A DNA stretch of 64,000 nucleotides. Source: Pyrinomonadaceae bacterium. Lineage in GTDB: Bacteria > Acidobacteriota > Blastocatellia > Pyrinomonadales > Pyrinomonadaceae. Of this stretch, positions 25,535 through 34,605 are shown piece after piece. Each line of letters opens with the position of its first letter. Position 1 is the stretch's first letter. Location: positions 5,057 through 69,056 of the forward strand of contig JBGTBC010000338.1 of assembly GCA_041749555.1 (NCBI GenBank), read 5' to 3'. The position numbers and the translations under genes were made by a program. The notes beneath the pieces were generated by a model. It searched no databases and had not been told where the DNA came from. It saw only the letters and a program-made list of their open reading frames with translations.

Positions 25535-27064
25535 ATGGAGCATCTTGATGTCCTCATCGTTGGAGCCGGACTTTCGGGGATCGGGGCTGGGGCTCGGGTG
25601 CGGATGGATTGTCCGGGGAAGACGTTTGCGATACTTGAGGGGCGGAACGCAAGCGGCGGGACTTGGGATCTGTTTCGATATCCGGGCGTGAGGTCGGATT
25701 CAGATATGTTCACGCTGGGCTATCGCTTCCGGCCATGGAGCGACCCGAAAGCCATCGCCGATGGGCCGGCGATACTGAACTACATCCGCGAGACCTCTAA
25801 AGAATATGACCTTGACAAGGAAATACGTTACAGGCATCGGGTAAAGCGGGCGGAGTGGAACTCCGCAGAGGCCCGGTGGACGGTCGAGGCTGAGGTCGCG
25901 GGTTTTGAGTCCCCGCTTCAGCGGGCCGCCGCGTCGGAACAAGATGCCTTGGGCCCAACGGAAAGCCGCCTGAAGGCGGGACTCAAAACGGTCTTTTTCA
26001 CTTGTGGTTTCCTTTATCTCTGCACCGGCTACTATGATTATGACGAGGGCTATACACCGGAATGGTCCGACTTCGAAAAATACACCGGCACGGTCGTTCA
26101 TCCGCAGAAATGGCCTACGGATCTCGACTACGCGGGTAAGAAAGTGCTCGTAATTGGCAGCGGTGCGACGGCCGTCACACTCGTGCCAGCGATGGCGGAA
26201 ACGGCAAAGCACGTAACTATGCTCCAGCGTTCGCCAACCTATATCGTAACCCTGCCTTCCGAGGATAGGATCGCGAATGTTTTACGAGCCATTCTGCCGG
26301 CTAAAGCGGCGTATGCTCTAACGCGTTGGAAAAACGTGCTGAGGCAGATGTTCTTTTACGAGCTCTCGCGAAGGCGTCCGTCTGTCATGAAACGGCTGAT
26401 CGCAAAAGGCGTCAGGAACGAGGTTGGCGACGAAATTGCCGAAAAGCACTTCAAGCCGAATTACAACCCGTGGGATCAACGATTGTGCGTTGTGCCGGAT
26501 TCCGATCTTTTCAAGTCGATCAAACGAGGCAGATCGTCGGTAATTACGAGCGAGATCCAGACGTTCACCGAGACAGGTGTTCGTCTGGTCAACGGAGAAG
26601 AACTCAATGCCGACATCATCGTCACGGCAACGGGCCTCGCGCTGAAGATAATGGCGGGTATGACGCTCGTCGTAGATGGCGAGACGGTCGATCTTTCGAC
26701 GAAGATCGCCTATAAGGGCATGATGTACAACGATGTGCCGAACCTGGCGCAGGCTTTCGGCTACACGAACGCTTCGTGGACCTTAAAATGCGACCTGACG
26801 AGCGAGTATGTGTGCCGGCTCATCAAGCATATGGATGCGAACGGCTATGCTAGCTGCACGCCGCGGCTAAACGACATGAGCATTACACCCGAACCGGTGC
26901 TCGATTTCAACTCCGGCTACGTCCTCCGAGCTCTGCATACACTCCCGAGCCAAGGCTCGAAAACTCCCTGGCGGCTGCATCAAAATTACGTTAAAGACCT
27001 CTCTATGCTTCGCTATGGACGGGTCGATGACGGTACTATGGAGTTTCGCCGCGGGGTGGAATAA
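25535..27064 (+). CDS. EthA-like FAD-containing (Baeyer-Villiger type) monooxygenase
   Basis: Contains DVLIVGAGLSGIGAG, GGTWDLFRYPGVRSDSDM, VIGSGATAVTLVP, HVTMLQRSPTYIV and YTNASWTLK. It is collinear with my recollection of M. tuberculosis EthA except for an insertion of about 30 aa (see the repeat at 25902-25989). Confidence 0.85.
   Translation: MEHLDVLIVGAGLSGIGAGARVRMDCPGKTFAILEGRNASGGTWDLFRYPGVRSDSDMFTLGYRFRPWSDPKAIADGPAILNYIRETSKEYDLDKEIRYRHRVKRAEWNSAEARWTVEAEVAGFESPLQRAAASEQDALGPTESRLKAGLKTVFFTCGFLYLCTGYYDYDEGYTPEWSDFEKYTGTVVHPQKWPTDLDYAGKKVLVIGSGATAVTLVPAMAETAKHVTMLQRSPTYIVTLPSEDRIANVLRAILPAKAAYALTRWKNVLRQMFFYELSRRRPSVMKRLIAKGVRNEVGDEIAEKHFKPNYNPWDQRLCVVPDSDLFKSIKRGRSSVITSEIQTFTETGVRLVNGEELNADIIVTATGLALKIMAGMTLVVDGETVDLSTKIAYKGMMYNDVPNLAQAFGYTNASWTLKCDLTSEYVCRLIKHMDANGYASCTPRLNDMSITPEPVLDFNSGYVLRALHTLPSQGSKTPWRLHQNYVKDLSMLRYGRVDDGTMEFRRGVE
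25902..25989. repeat. 88-bp palindromic REP/BIME- or MITE-like element, copy 1 (inside the monooxygenase CDS, in frame)
   Basis: The left arm is GTTTTGAGTCCCCGCTTCAGCGGGC. The reverse complement of the right arm is GTTTTGAGTCCCGCCTTCAGGCGGC. Each arm contains its own 5-bp stem with a TTCA/TGAA loop. A sibling copy lies at 61952-62041. Confidence 0.7.
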
Positions 27065-27071
27065 GTAAAAT

Positions 27072-27908
27072 ATGACGATCAGAAAAGACAGCGTCGCCGT
27101 CATTACCGGAGCCGGATCGGGCATCGGGCGAGCATTGGCGATGCGGTTTGCCAGGGAAGGCGTGGCTGGGATCGCGATCGCCGACGTAAACGCCGAGGGC
27201 CTCGGGGAAACCGAGAAATTGCTCAGCGACAAAACCAAAGTGACCGTTCACATTGTCGATGTTTCTGACCGCGAGGCGATGGCTGCCTTTGCGGACGAGG
27301 TCATCGCCAAACACGGCCGCGTAACCCACGCCATCAACAACGCAGGCGTCGCCTTAGGCGGTAACCTTCGCGAAGTCACGCTCGATGAGATCGAATGGCT
27401 GATGGGCGTCAATTTTTGGGGCGTGGTTCATGGCACAAAATTCTTCTTGCCGTATCTTGAAAAGGAAGAGTCGGCCCACATCGTCAATATCTCGAGTCTT
27501 TTCGGCATGATCGCCCCGCCGGGGCAGGCGGCATACTGCGCCAGCAAATTTGCCGTTCGCGGCTTTACCGAGGCACTCCGCCATGAGCTTGAGGGGACGA
27601 ATATCTCGGTTTCGGCGGTCCATCCCGGCGGCGTAAGAACAAATATCGTGAATGCTGCCCGTATCAGCTCGGGCGTAACATTGACCGAGGAAGAGATCGC
27701 GAAAAAACGGAAATTCGAGAACAAGCTCCTCGCGAGAACATCGCCCGGCGAAGCCGCCGAGATCATCTTTCGCGGTATGATGCGGCGCAACCCACAGATC
27801 ATCGTAGGCCCCGACGCGGCCATTTTGAGCCGGATCGCCCGCCTTTTTCCTCGAAGCTATCTGGCAGTGGGGAATTTCATCGGCGGCGGCGGACTCAAGA
27901 AAAGATGA
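27072..27908 (+). CDS. short-chain dehydrogenase/reductase (SDR)
   Basis: Contains VITGAGSGIGRA, NNAG and the YCASKFAV catalytic motif. Confidence 0.85.
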   Translation: MTIRKDSVAVITGAGSGIGRALAMRFAREGVAGIAIADVNAEGLGETEKLLSDKTKVTVHIVDVSDREAMAAFADEVIAKHGRVTHAINNAGVALGGNLREVTLDEIEWLMGVNFWGVVHGTKFFLPYLEKEESAHIVNISSLFGMIAPPGQAAYCASKFAVRGFTEALRHELEGTNISVSAVHPGGVRTNIVNAARISSGVTLTEEEIAKKRKFENKLLARTSPGEAAEIIFRGMMRRNPQIIVGPDAAILSRIARLFPRSYLAVGNFIGGGGLKKR

Positions 27909-27966
27909 CTTCATAGCCGTACCTGAATATTCATGAAGCGGGAATACGGGTGTATCATAGCTCTCT

Positions 27967-28953
27967 ATGCGTGACGAAATGATCATTGTGACAGGCGGTG
28001 CCGGCTTCATCGGCAGTGCCATCGTGTGGCGGCTAAACGAGCTCGGGTATGACGATATTATTATCGTCGACCGCATGGACGAGACCGACAAGTGGAAGAA
28101 TCTGGCTCCGCTCCGGTTTGAGGATGTAATTGATGCAGACCGATTCATGCTGGAGCTCGACGCTTACGATGATGCGTCCGCGCTGATCCACATGGGCGCG
28201 TGCTCGTCGACGACCGAGCGTGATGCGCGGTTCATGTTCAGTAATAACTATCGCTACACGACCGAATTGGCCGATTTCGTTCTTGAGAACGACATGCGAT
28301 TTATCTACGCTTCATCGGCCGCCACCTATGGCGACGGGTCGGTGGGGATGAATGATGCTATCGTCGATCTTCACAAACTTCGGCCGTTAAATCTTTATGG
28401 TTACTCCAAGCATCTATTCGACAAGTACGCGTCTCGCAACCGGATGTTTGACCGTATTGTAGGGCTCAAGTTTTTCAATGTTTTCGGCCCGAACGAAAAC
28501 CATAAGGGCGATATGCGTTCGCTGGTCAACAAGGCTTACGAGGAGATCAAAGAAACCGGTAAACTGCAGCTCTTCAGAAGTCATAATTCGGAATACGCCG
28601 ACGGCGAATTTGGACGCGATTTTATCTATGTCAAAGATGCGGTCGATATGACTCTGCATTTTTTGGAGAACGACTCGTGCGGGCTGTTCAATATTGGCTC
28701 GGGCCAAATGAACACTTGGAATTCGCTCGCCGATGCGATCTTTAAGGCGCTCGACCTGCCTCGCAATGTTGAGTTTATCGACATGCCCGAGCATCTTCGC
28801 GACCGTTATCAATACCACACCCAGGCCGACATTTCCCGCCTTCGTGAAACCGGTTATTCAGATAAGATCACGCCGCTTGAAGACGGGGTGGCCGATTACA
28901 TTCAGAATTATCTCGTGCCCGGCAAGCACCTAGGCGACGAAGACCCGTTTTAA
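27967..28953 (+). CDS. hldD: ADP-L-glycero-D-manno-heptose 6-epimerase
   Basis: Contains IIVTGGAGFIGS, LNLYGYSKHLFD and KFFNVFGPNE.HKG.M.S, a pattern typical of HldD/RfaD. The true start may be the ATG at 27979. Confidence 0.8.
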   Translation: MRDEMIIVTGGAGFIGSAIVWRLNELGYDDIIIVDRMDETDKWKNLAPLRFEDVIDADRFMLELDAYDDASALIHMGACSSTTERDARFMFSNNYRYTTELADFVLENDMRFIYASSAATYGDGSVGMNDAIVDLHKLRPLNLYGYSKHLFDKYASRNRMFDRIVGLKFFNVFGPNENHKGDMRSLVNKAYEEIKETGKLQLFRSHNSEYADGEFGRDFIYVKDAVDMTLHFLENDSCGLFNIGSGQMNTWNSLADAIFKALDLPRNVEFIDMPEHLRDRYQYHTQADISRLRETGYSDKITPLEDGVADYIQNYLVPGKHLGDEDPF

Positions 28954-28973
28954 GTCCTGCCTTCAGGCGGCGG
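28952..28973 (+). terminator. solo REP-like hairpin immediately after hldD (possible terminator or mRNA stabiliser)
   Basis: AAGTCCTGCCTTCAGGCGGC forms the stem CTGCC/GGCGG with a TTCA loop. It is nearly identical to the arms of the palindromic elements at 25902 and 61952. There is no clear T-run after it. Confidence 0.4.
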
Positions 28974-29038
28974 TTTCTCAGCGTTTTTTCGCGTAATTCG
29001 CGGGCAAAATTCTTTCTTGATCTGGACCGACCATCCTT

Positions 29039-29596
29039 ATGCTCTCGTACTCACCGTCTGCTCTTATCGATTTTGCCCTTCCAAAATGGGAAGCTGATCC
29101 CGATGTCCGCATCGAAGACGCCTATAAATGGCTCTACCAGGCGACTCGCGGCGGCGAACACATGGTGCTCAGCCGTGAGGCAGCCGATGAAGCGCTTGAA
29201 AAAGAATGGCAAACTGTTGGCCCTTCGAAAAAAAACGAGCCCCTTTGGGAGCCCCTTTGTCCCGGTGGTAGGATCGGCCGGATTAACATCCGCCCCTTCA
29301 AAGACCGCGGCGGCAAAGCCGGCGACCTTGTCGATGGGTTTCTCGCCAGCAGCAGGGAATACAGGTCAGAGCCGGAAAGTTTTTTCGACGTTTGGGAACG
29401 GCTGGAGTTGAGGATCAAGGCCCACCAAACCGGCAATTTCCTTCATTCGGAGTGGCTCCGGCTCGATGCCGAAATGAAGGCGAAAAAGTACCCAGCTGTC
29501 CGTCACAGCAAACATTACTCGGCCGCGCGCACCCCTGCTTACCGGGTCATTACCGGTACTGAAGCTCAAAAACTTCTAACGGCTAAGATTGTTTAG
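29039..29596 (+). CDS. hypothetical protein
   Basis: 185 aa with a plausible globular composition. No family recognised. Confidence 0.55.
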   Translation: MLSYSPSALIDFALPKWEADPDVRIEDAYKWLYQATRGGEHMVLSREAADEALEKEWQTVGPSKKNEPLWEPLCPGGRIGRINIRPFKDRGGKAGDLVDGFLASSREYRSEPESFFDVWERLELRIKAHQTGNFLHSEWLRLDAEMKAKKYPAVRHSKHYSAARTPAYRVITGTEAQKLLTAKIV

Positions 29597-29759
29597 TATC
29601 ATCTGCGATACATTCGCCAATCTGAGAAAACCATGATAAAATATTTACGGAGGTTTGTGCATTGCCATTCTTAAACGAAGCATGACAACCGATAGCAAAA
29701 CAGAGAGTGACAACCTATTTCAGAACGACATTCGGTGAAACACGTTACGCACAATTCGA

Positions 29760-29832
29760 AAAATGGGACAAACAGGCGTAAATCATTGAACCGGAAAGGT
29801 TTATTCGTCCCATTTTCTGTCCCGCATGGGAC
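29760..29832. other. nested inverted repeats in the ribF-upstream spacer
   Basis: AAAATGGGAC (29760-29769) pairs with GTCCCATTTT (29807-29816) and encloses AACC-ggaaa-GGTT (29789-29801). It is followed by the hairpin GTCCC-gcat-GGGAC (29819-29832). Confidence 0.5.
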
Positions 29833-30035
29833 GAAACCATGATGATTCGTAAGACTAACGCCCGTACAGATCATGCTTGTCTCGCGGAAGATCGGGTTGC
29901 AGAAAAGTCTAAAGTGTTGATTTGATTGAAGTTGGCTAATCTGACCGGGGCTGTTTTTTAGGTTGAAATGCGAGACAGGGCTCTATTGGGAGTTAAACTG
30001 TACGGCTGCAAGTACTTAGCTGTATTACATGCAAG

Positions 30036-30071
30036 CGAGACAACATCGAGACAGCCCGAGACAACGAGACA
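30036..30071 (+). repeat. four tandem CGAGACA heptamers at 8-11 bp spacing, 45 bp upstream of ribF
   Basis: CGAGACA starts at 30036, 30047, 30057 and 30065. A fifth copy is at 29971-29977 and an inverted copy (TGTCTCG) is at 29888-29894. Confidence 0.6.
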
Positions 30072-30114
30072 GGGTCGATTCCGCTGGCTCAAAACCGTAA
30101 ACTATTGTTTATAG

Positions 30115-31068
30115 ATGAAGATCTTTCACGGCAGCGAGAACGCAAATATACAGAAGCCGACGGTCCTTACGCTTGGCGTTTTTGACGGCCTGCACCTGGG
30201 TCATCAGAGGATCATGCAGACGGTCGTCGAGCGCGCAAATGCCGCCGGAGCCGTAGCGACCGCGATCACATTTGACCCGCATCCGCGTGCCGTACTTCAT
30301 CCCGCATCTGCACCTCCGCTGCTTCAGACGTTGGATCAACGCCTTGCCAATTTTGAGGTGCTCGGCATCGAACAGGCCATCGTTATCCCCTTTACAAGTG
30401 AATTTGCGGCCCAGCCGGCCGAGCGCTTCCTTTCCGAGATGATTCACGACCGGCTTCACGCTAAAGAGGTATATCTCGGCAGGGGATTCGCATTTGGCAA
30501 GGACCGAGGCGGAAATATCGATCTGCTGCGAAAAAAGAGCGCCGAACTCGGCTTTGTTGCCGATGAGGTCGAAGAAGTACAGATACGCGGACAGCGGATC
30601 AGCTCGTCCACGATCAGGCAGCTGCTTGCCGAAGGAAGGGTTAACCTGGCCCGCCGAATGCTCGGTCGTCCATATGGCGTCGAGGGCGTCATTATCCGCG
30701 GCAACCGCCGCGGCCACACGATCGGATTTCCTACAGCGAATCTGAAGCCCCATAATCGCGTGATTCCCCGGTTCGGTGTTTACGCCACCGCGACCTTGAT
30801 CGAGGGCACGTGGCGAAAGAGCATTACAAACATAGGCGTTCGCCCCACCTTTGAGAATGACGCCGATCCGTCGATCGAGACCTATATATTCGATTTCGAC
30901 GGCGAACTTTATGGTGATGTGCTTCGAGTCCGTTTTTTGCACCGCATCCGCGATGAACGCAAATTCAGCGGCATAGACGAACTTAAGGCCCAGATCGAAC
31001 GCGACACCCGCCGTGCGAGGAACTATTTTCGGCACCGGGGCGTAATGAATATGCTCGAAGTGCTCTAA
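30115..31068 (+). CDS. ribF: bifunctional riboflavin kinase / FMN adenylyltransferase
   Basis: Contains LTLGVFDGLHLGHQ, ...ISSSTIRQLL..G, ...GFPTANL and a C-terminal riboflavin-kinase domain with F..R.RDE.KF. Confidence 0.9.
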   Translation: MKIFHGSENANIQKPTVLTLGVFDGLHLGHQRIMQTVVERANAAGAVATAITFDPHPRAVLHPASAPPLLQTLDQRLANFEVLGIEQAIVIPFTSEFAAQPAERFLSEMIHDRLHAKEVYLGRGFAFGKDRGGNIDLLRKKSAELGFVADEVEEVQIRGQRISSSTIRQLLAEGRVNLARRMLGRPYGVEGVIIRGNRRGHTIGFPTANLKPHNRVIPRFGVYATATLIEGTWRKSITNIGVRPTFENDADPSIETYIFDFDGELYGDVLRVRFLHRIRDERKFSGIDELKAQIERDTRRARNYFRHRGVMNMLEVL

Positions 31069-31162
31069 GCTATTGAGCTCTGAGCGTGTTATTAGGACAA
31101 ATGTAAAGATGATCGATGCATCGAATCGCTTTGATTCAAGACGGCGAATAGTTGAATAGAAA

Positions 31163-32893
31163 ATGGCTGAAATAACAAGCGGGACATTGGTTAAGGAACG
31201 AGAAGCCGCCGGGCGTAACGGGAACGACCCGGCTTCGGTTGTGTCGACGGCTGAGCTTGCGATCTCACGCCGGGTTACTAATGAGCAGATCCTGGAGGAG
31301 GAGCGAGAACTTCAGAAGGTTGAAACCGAAATACAAAAGGGTTACCAGGGCCTCAGAGGCTACTTCCGGCTGTTTGGTATTTCGCGCATTCTCGCGATGC
31401 TCTCACTTTACCTTTATCTCGATCAGTTCGACGTCCACAGCCAGCAGCAGATCAGGCAAAAGAAAGAACGGCTGGCGAAAGCAAAGCGGTTGACCCGCCT
31501 TGCGGTTTATGGCGAAAAGCTCTACGCAGTAAGGCTGTGGTTTTTTCAGATGTTTGTGCTCCTCGTCCGCCGGTTTGTCATCGGAAAGGGTGAGAATAAG
31601 GAACTTAATCAGGAAAAGCAGGCACTTTGGCTCAAGGAAAAGCTGATCGAACTCGGGCCCACATTCATCAAGATCGGCCAGTCGATGGGAACGCGCGCAG
31701 ACCTGTTGCCGCTGCCCTTTGTAAAAGAGCTCGGCACGCTGGTCGACAGCGTACCGCCGTTTCCAAATGACGTGGCCTTCGCCCGCATCGAGCACGAACT
31801 CGGACTAAAAATTAAAGATGTCTATGCTGAATTTGACCTTGAGCCCGTTGCGGCGGCTTCGCTCGGTCAGGTTTATCGGGCCCGCCTGCACTCGGGCGAA
31901 GAGGTCGCCGTAAAGGTCCAGCGGCCGAATCTGGAAGCGACGATCGCCGGTGACATGCTGATCCTTAAAAAGGTCGCAAATTTTGCCGAGCGTTTTCCTC
32001 ATCTTAGCGAAAACGCAGACTGGGCGGGCATGCTCCGTGAATTTGATTCCACTATCCACGAAGAAATGGATTACGTTGCCGAGGGCAAGAATGCCGAGCG
32101 GTTTCGCGAGAATTTTAAGAACTGGAGCAACATCCACGTTCCTAAGATCTACTGGAACGCCACCACCTCTAAGGTGATGACGATGGAATTTATCCACGGC
32201 ACAAAGGTTACGGATCTTGAAGGGCAGAAGAGGTTGAATATTTCCTCCGCCAAGGTTAACCGTCTCCTGATCAAAACCTATCTCAAACAGTTGCTCGAGG
32301 ACGGCTTTTTTCACGCGGACCCGCACCCGGGCAACTTGCTCGTAATGCCCGACGGGCGTCTCGCGTTCTTTGACTTCGGCATGGTCGGCCGAATTACGCC
32401 TGAACTGCAGGCAAAGATGATCGATGCTTTCTTTCATGTGGTCGGAAAGGATCCGGGCGGGATCGCCCAAGACTTGATCGAACTCGACTTCCTAAAGCCA
32501 GGAACCAGTCCAAAAGTCGTAAGGCCCGTCGTCGAAAAAATGTTCGAGTTTCATTTCAACCTGAAGCTCAAGGACATCAATTTTAAGGAATTGACTTATG
32601 ATCTCGCCGATGTAATGTACGATTACCCGTTTCGCCTTCCGTCGAACTTCACCTATATTATGCGAGCTCTGATGACGCTAGAGGGCATCGGCATCATCAC
32701 AGATCCGGAGTTCAATTTCTTTGAAACGGCCAAGCCGTACGCTAAGGAATTTATGCTGCGCCGCGAAGGTAAGGATTTCCGCAAGGTCTTCGTCGATAAA
32801 ATAATGGGTCGCGACGAAGGCGGCAAGATCGACTGGGACCGCACGTGGAAACTCGCAAAAATGGCCTTCAAGACGGTTCTTAACAGCGGTTGA
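31163..32893 (+). CDS. ABC1/UbiB-family atypical kinase
   Basis: Contains LGPTFIKIGQSMGTRADLLP and AAASLGQVYRARL.SGEEVAVKVQRP, then HADPHPGNLLV and FFDFGMVG. Confidence 0.85.
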   Translation: MAEITSGTLVKEREAAGRNGNDPASVVSTAELAISRRVTNEQILEEERELQKVETEIQKGYQGLRGYFRLFGISRILAMLSLYLYLDQFDVHSQQQIRQKKERLAKAKRLTRLAVYGEKLYAVRLWFFQMFVLLVRRFVIGKGENKELNQEKQALWLKEKLIELGPTFIKIGQSMGTRADLLPLPFVKELGTLVDSVPPFPNDVAFARIEHELGLKIKDVYAEFDLEPVAAASLGQVYRARLHSGEEVAVKVQRPNLEATIAGDMLILKKVANFAERFPHLSENADWAGMLREFDSTIHEEMDYVAEGKNAERFRENFKNWSNIHVPKIYWNATTSKVMTMEFIHGTKVTDLEGQKRLNISSAKVNRLLIKTYLKQLLEDGFFHADPHPGNLLVMPDGRLAFFDFGMVGRITPELQAKMIDAFFHVVGKDPGGIAQDLIELDFLKPGTSPKVVRPVVEKMFEFHFNLKLKDINFKELTYDLADVMYDYPFRLPSNFTYIMRALMTLEGIGIITDPEFNFFETAKPYAKEFMLRREGKDFRKVFVDKIMGRDEGGKIDWDRTWKLAKMAFKTVLNSG

Positions 32894-32932
32894 ACGGTTG
32901 CAGGAAATGGGCGTATTGGGTAAATTTGCAGA

Positions 32933-33661
32933 GTGATCTACCAAACGCTTGCAATCACTTTTGTTTGCCTGATCTGCGTCTGTGAAATTGTATCCCAAAA
33001 AGTCATGTCTTCTGCCGAACGCCTCACGATCAAGCAAGTCGATAAGGACTTTCCCGTTGAACAATTCGATCATCCAGCTTGGAAGGGTGCGACGCCCATT
33101 CGAGTTAACACCTACTGGTCAGGCGAGAACGCTCCAAGTAAACGAACGTTCAGGGTAGAGCTGCTCTGGTCTGTCAATTCACTTTATGTCCGATTTGAAG
33201 CGAATCAGTATGAGCCGCTGGTCGTGAGCGAAAAACCTGACCTTTCTAAGAAGGTGCTCGGACTCTGGGATCGGGATGTTTGCGAGATCTTCATTGCTCC
33301 TGATAAGAAAAACCCCAACAAGTATTACGAGTTTGAGATCGCGCCTACAGGAGAATGGATCGATCTCGGAATCGAGGTAATACCCGAGGGACGCAAGACC
33401 GATTGGGATTACAGATCAGGGATGACCTCCGCCGCGAGGATCGATAGGGACAAAGTGATCATGGCGATCAGGATTCCGTGGGAGGCGTTTGGCTCGAAAC
33501 CAAAACCCCGCGATATTTGGCTTGGCAACATTTTTCGCTGCGTCGGTAAGGATCCAGATCGCGGCTATCTCGCATGGCGGCCGACAAAGACCGCGAAGCC
33601 GAATTTTCACGTGCCTGAGGCGTTTGGGGAATTTCAATTCGTGTCAGAATCCGCTCCGTAA
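32933..33661 (+). CDS. carbohydrate-binding family 9 (CBM9/DOMON-like) protein
   Basis: Contains LLWSVNSLYVRFEA, ...VCEIFIAPD....YYEFEIAPTG.W.D and FHVPEAFG, typical of CBM9-like proteins. The N-terminus is hydrophobic. Confidence 0.65.
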   Translation: MIYQTLAITFVCLICVCEIVSQKVMSSAERLTIKQVDKDFPVEQFDHPAWKGATPIRVNTYWSGENAPSKRTFRVELLWSVNSLYVRFEANQYEPLVVSEKPDLSKKVLGLWDRDVCEIFIAPDKKNPNKYYEFEIAPTGEWIDLGIEVIPEGRKTDWDYRSGMTSAARIDRDKVIMAIRIPWEAFGSKPKPRDIWLGNIFRCVGKDPDRGYLAWRPTKTAKPNFHVPEAFGEFQFVSESAP

Positions 33662-33681
33662 ACGAAGCCATAGGAGGGAAT

Positions 33682-33741
33682 CGCAGATGAACGCAAATAA
33701 ACACAAATTATTGTTTTTTTCTGCGTCTATCTGCGTTTATT
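33682..33741 (+). terminator. long hairpin between convergent genes (probable terminator)
   Basis: CGCAGATGAACGCA (33682-33695) pairs with TGCGTCTATCTGCG (33722-33735) at 13 of 14 positions including one G-U. TTTATT follows. Confidence 0.5.
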
Positions 33742-33754
33742 CGCGGTAAATAAT

Positions 33755-34528
33755 TTAGACAGTCATTCCGCCGTCAACGGCGATTGTCTGGCCAGTGATG
33801 TAGCTCGACGCTTCGGAAGCAAGAAAAACCACGACACCTTTAAGCTCGCCTTCCTTTCCGATCCGCGGGATGACATTGTTCTCCTGTATCGAGCGTTCGT
33901 ATATATCGATCACCGCATCCGCGAGACGTGAATGAAAGAAGCCAGGAGCGATGGCATTTACGCGAATGCCGCGTCGTCCCCAACTCGCCGCAAGTTCACG
34001 CGTTAAGCCAATTAGTCCGGCCTTGCTTGCAGCATAACCTGCATAGAACGGGCCGTTAGCCGATGACGTAATTCCGGCGATCGAGGCGATATTGATGATC
34101 GAGCCGTTCCCTTGCGACAGCATTTGGCGACCTGCGGCCTGTGCCATCAGAAAACAGCCGGTTAGGTTTACGTCGATCACTTTTTGCCATTGTTCCAGCG
34201 TCATTTCCTCGGGAATCGCGCCCCACGAGATGCCGGCATTGTTGATCAGAATATCGACAGAGCCAAACCGCTTTACGGTGGAATCGACGACGGCCTGAAC
34301 CTCTTCAGGCCTTGATACGTCGCAAACCTTGCCTACGGCGGTGAAACCACGTTCCGCAAATACCGTAACGGTTTCATCCAGCCATTCGCGGCGGCGAGCG
34401 CACAGCATCAGATTCGCGCCGGCCTCAGCTAAAGCTTCCGCCATTTCCTTACCGATGCCGCGAGAGCCCCCCGTGACAATCGCTGTTTTGCCCGTAAGAT
34501 CAAAAAGTTCCTTAACATTCTTGGTCAT
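33755..34528 (-). CDS. SDR-family oxidoreductase (gluconate-5-dehydrogenase / FabG-like)
   Basis: Contains AIVTGGSRGIGKE, NNAG and the YAASKAG motif. Start taken at MTKNVKELF. Confidence 0.85.
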   Translation of the reverse strand: MTKNVKELFDLTGKTAIVTGGSRGIGKEMAEALAEAGANLMLCARRREWLDETVTVFAERGFTAVGKVCDVSRPEEVQAVVDSTVKRFGSVDILINNAGISWGAIPEEMTLEQWQKVIDVNLTGCFLMAQAAGRQMLSQGNGSIINIASIAGITSSANGPFYAGYAASKAGLIGLTRELAASWGRRGIRVNAIAPGFFHSRLADAVIDIYERSIQENNVIPRIGKEGELKGVVVFLASEASSYITGQTIAVDGGMTV

Positions 34529-34605
34529 ATTGATTGTTTTGCAAGCTAGAATATCACGCCCATCGTAAGTTTGCGGGCTTTCGGGCAATGCGGTTTAATA
34601 AAAAT

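Noticed and set aside
27354-28148. A 264-aa minus-strand ORF.
   Set aside because: It is antisense to the SDR and hldD genes, which both carry clear motifs. It is a shadow ORF.
29597-30114. An FMN (RFN) riboswitch in front of ribF.
   Set aside because: None of the conserved RFN core segments is present (the GGATG...AGTCCGGATG-type and GGGCAGGGTGAAATTCCC-type motifs).
30109-31035. A 308-aa minus-strand ORF.
   Set aside because: It is a shadow ORF exactly antisense to ribF, which has strong family motifs. The translation is Ala/Arg/Gly-rich with no recognisable motif.
31805-32470. A 221-aa minus-strand ORF.
   Set aside because: It is antisense to the ABC1/UbiB kinase gene. It is a shadow ORF.
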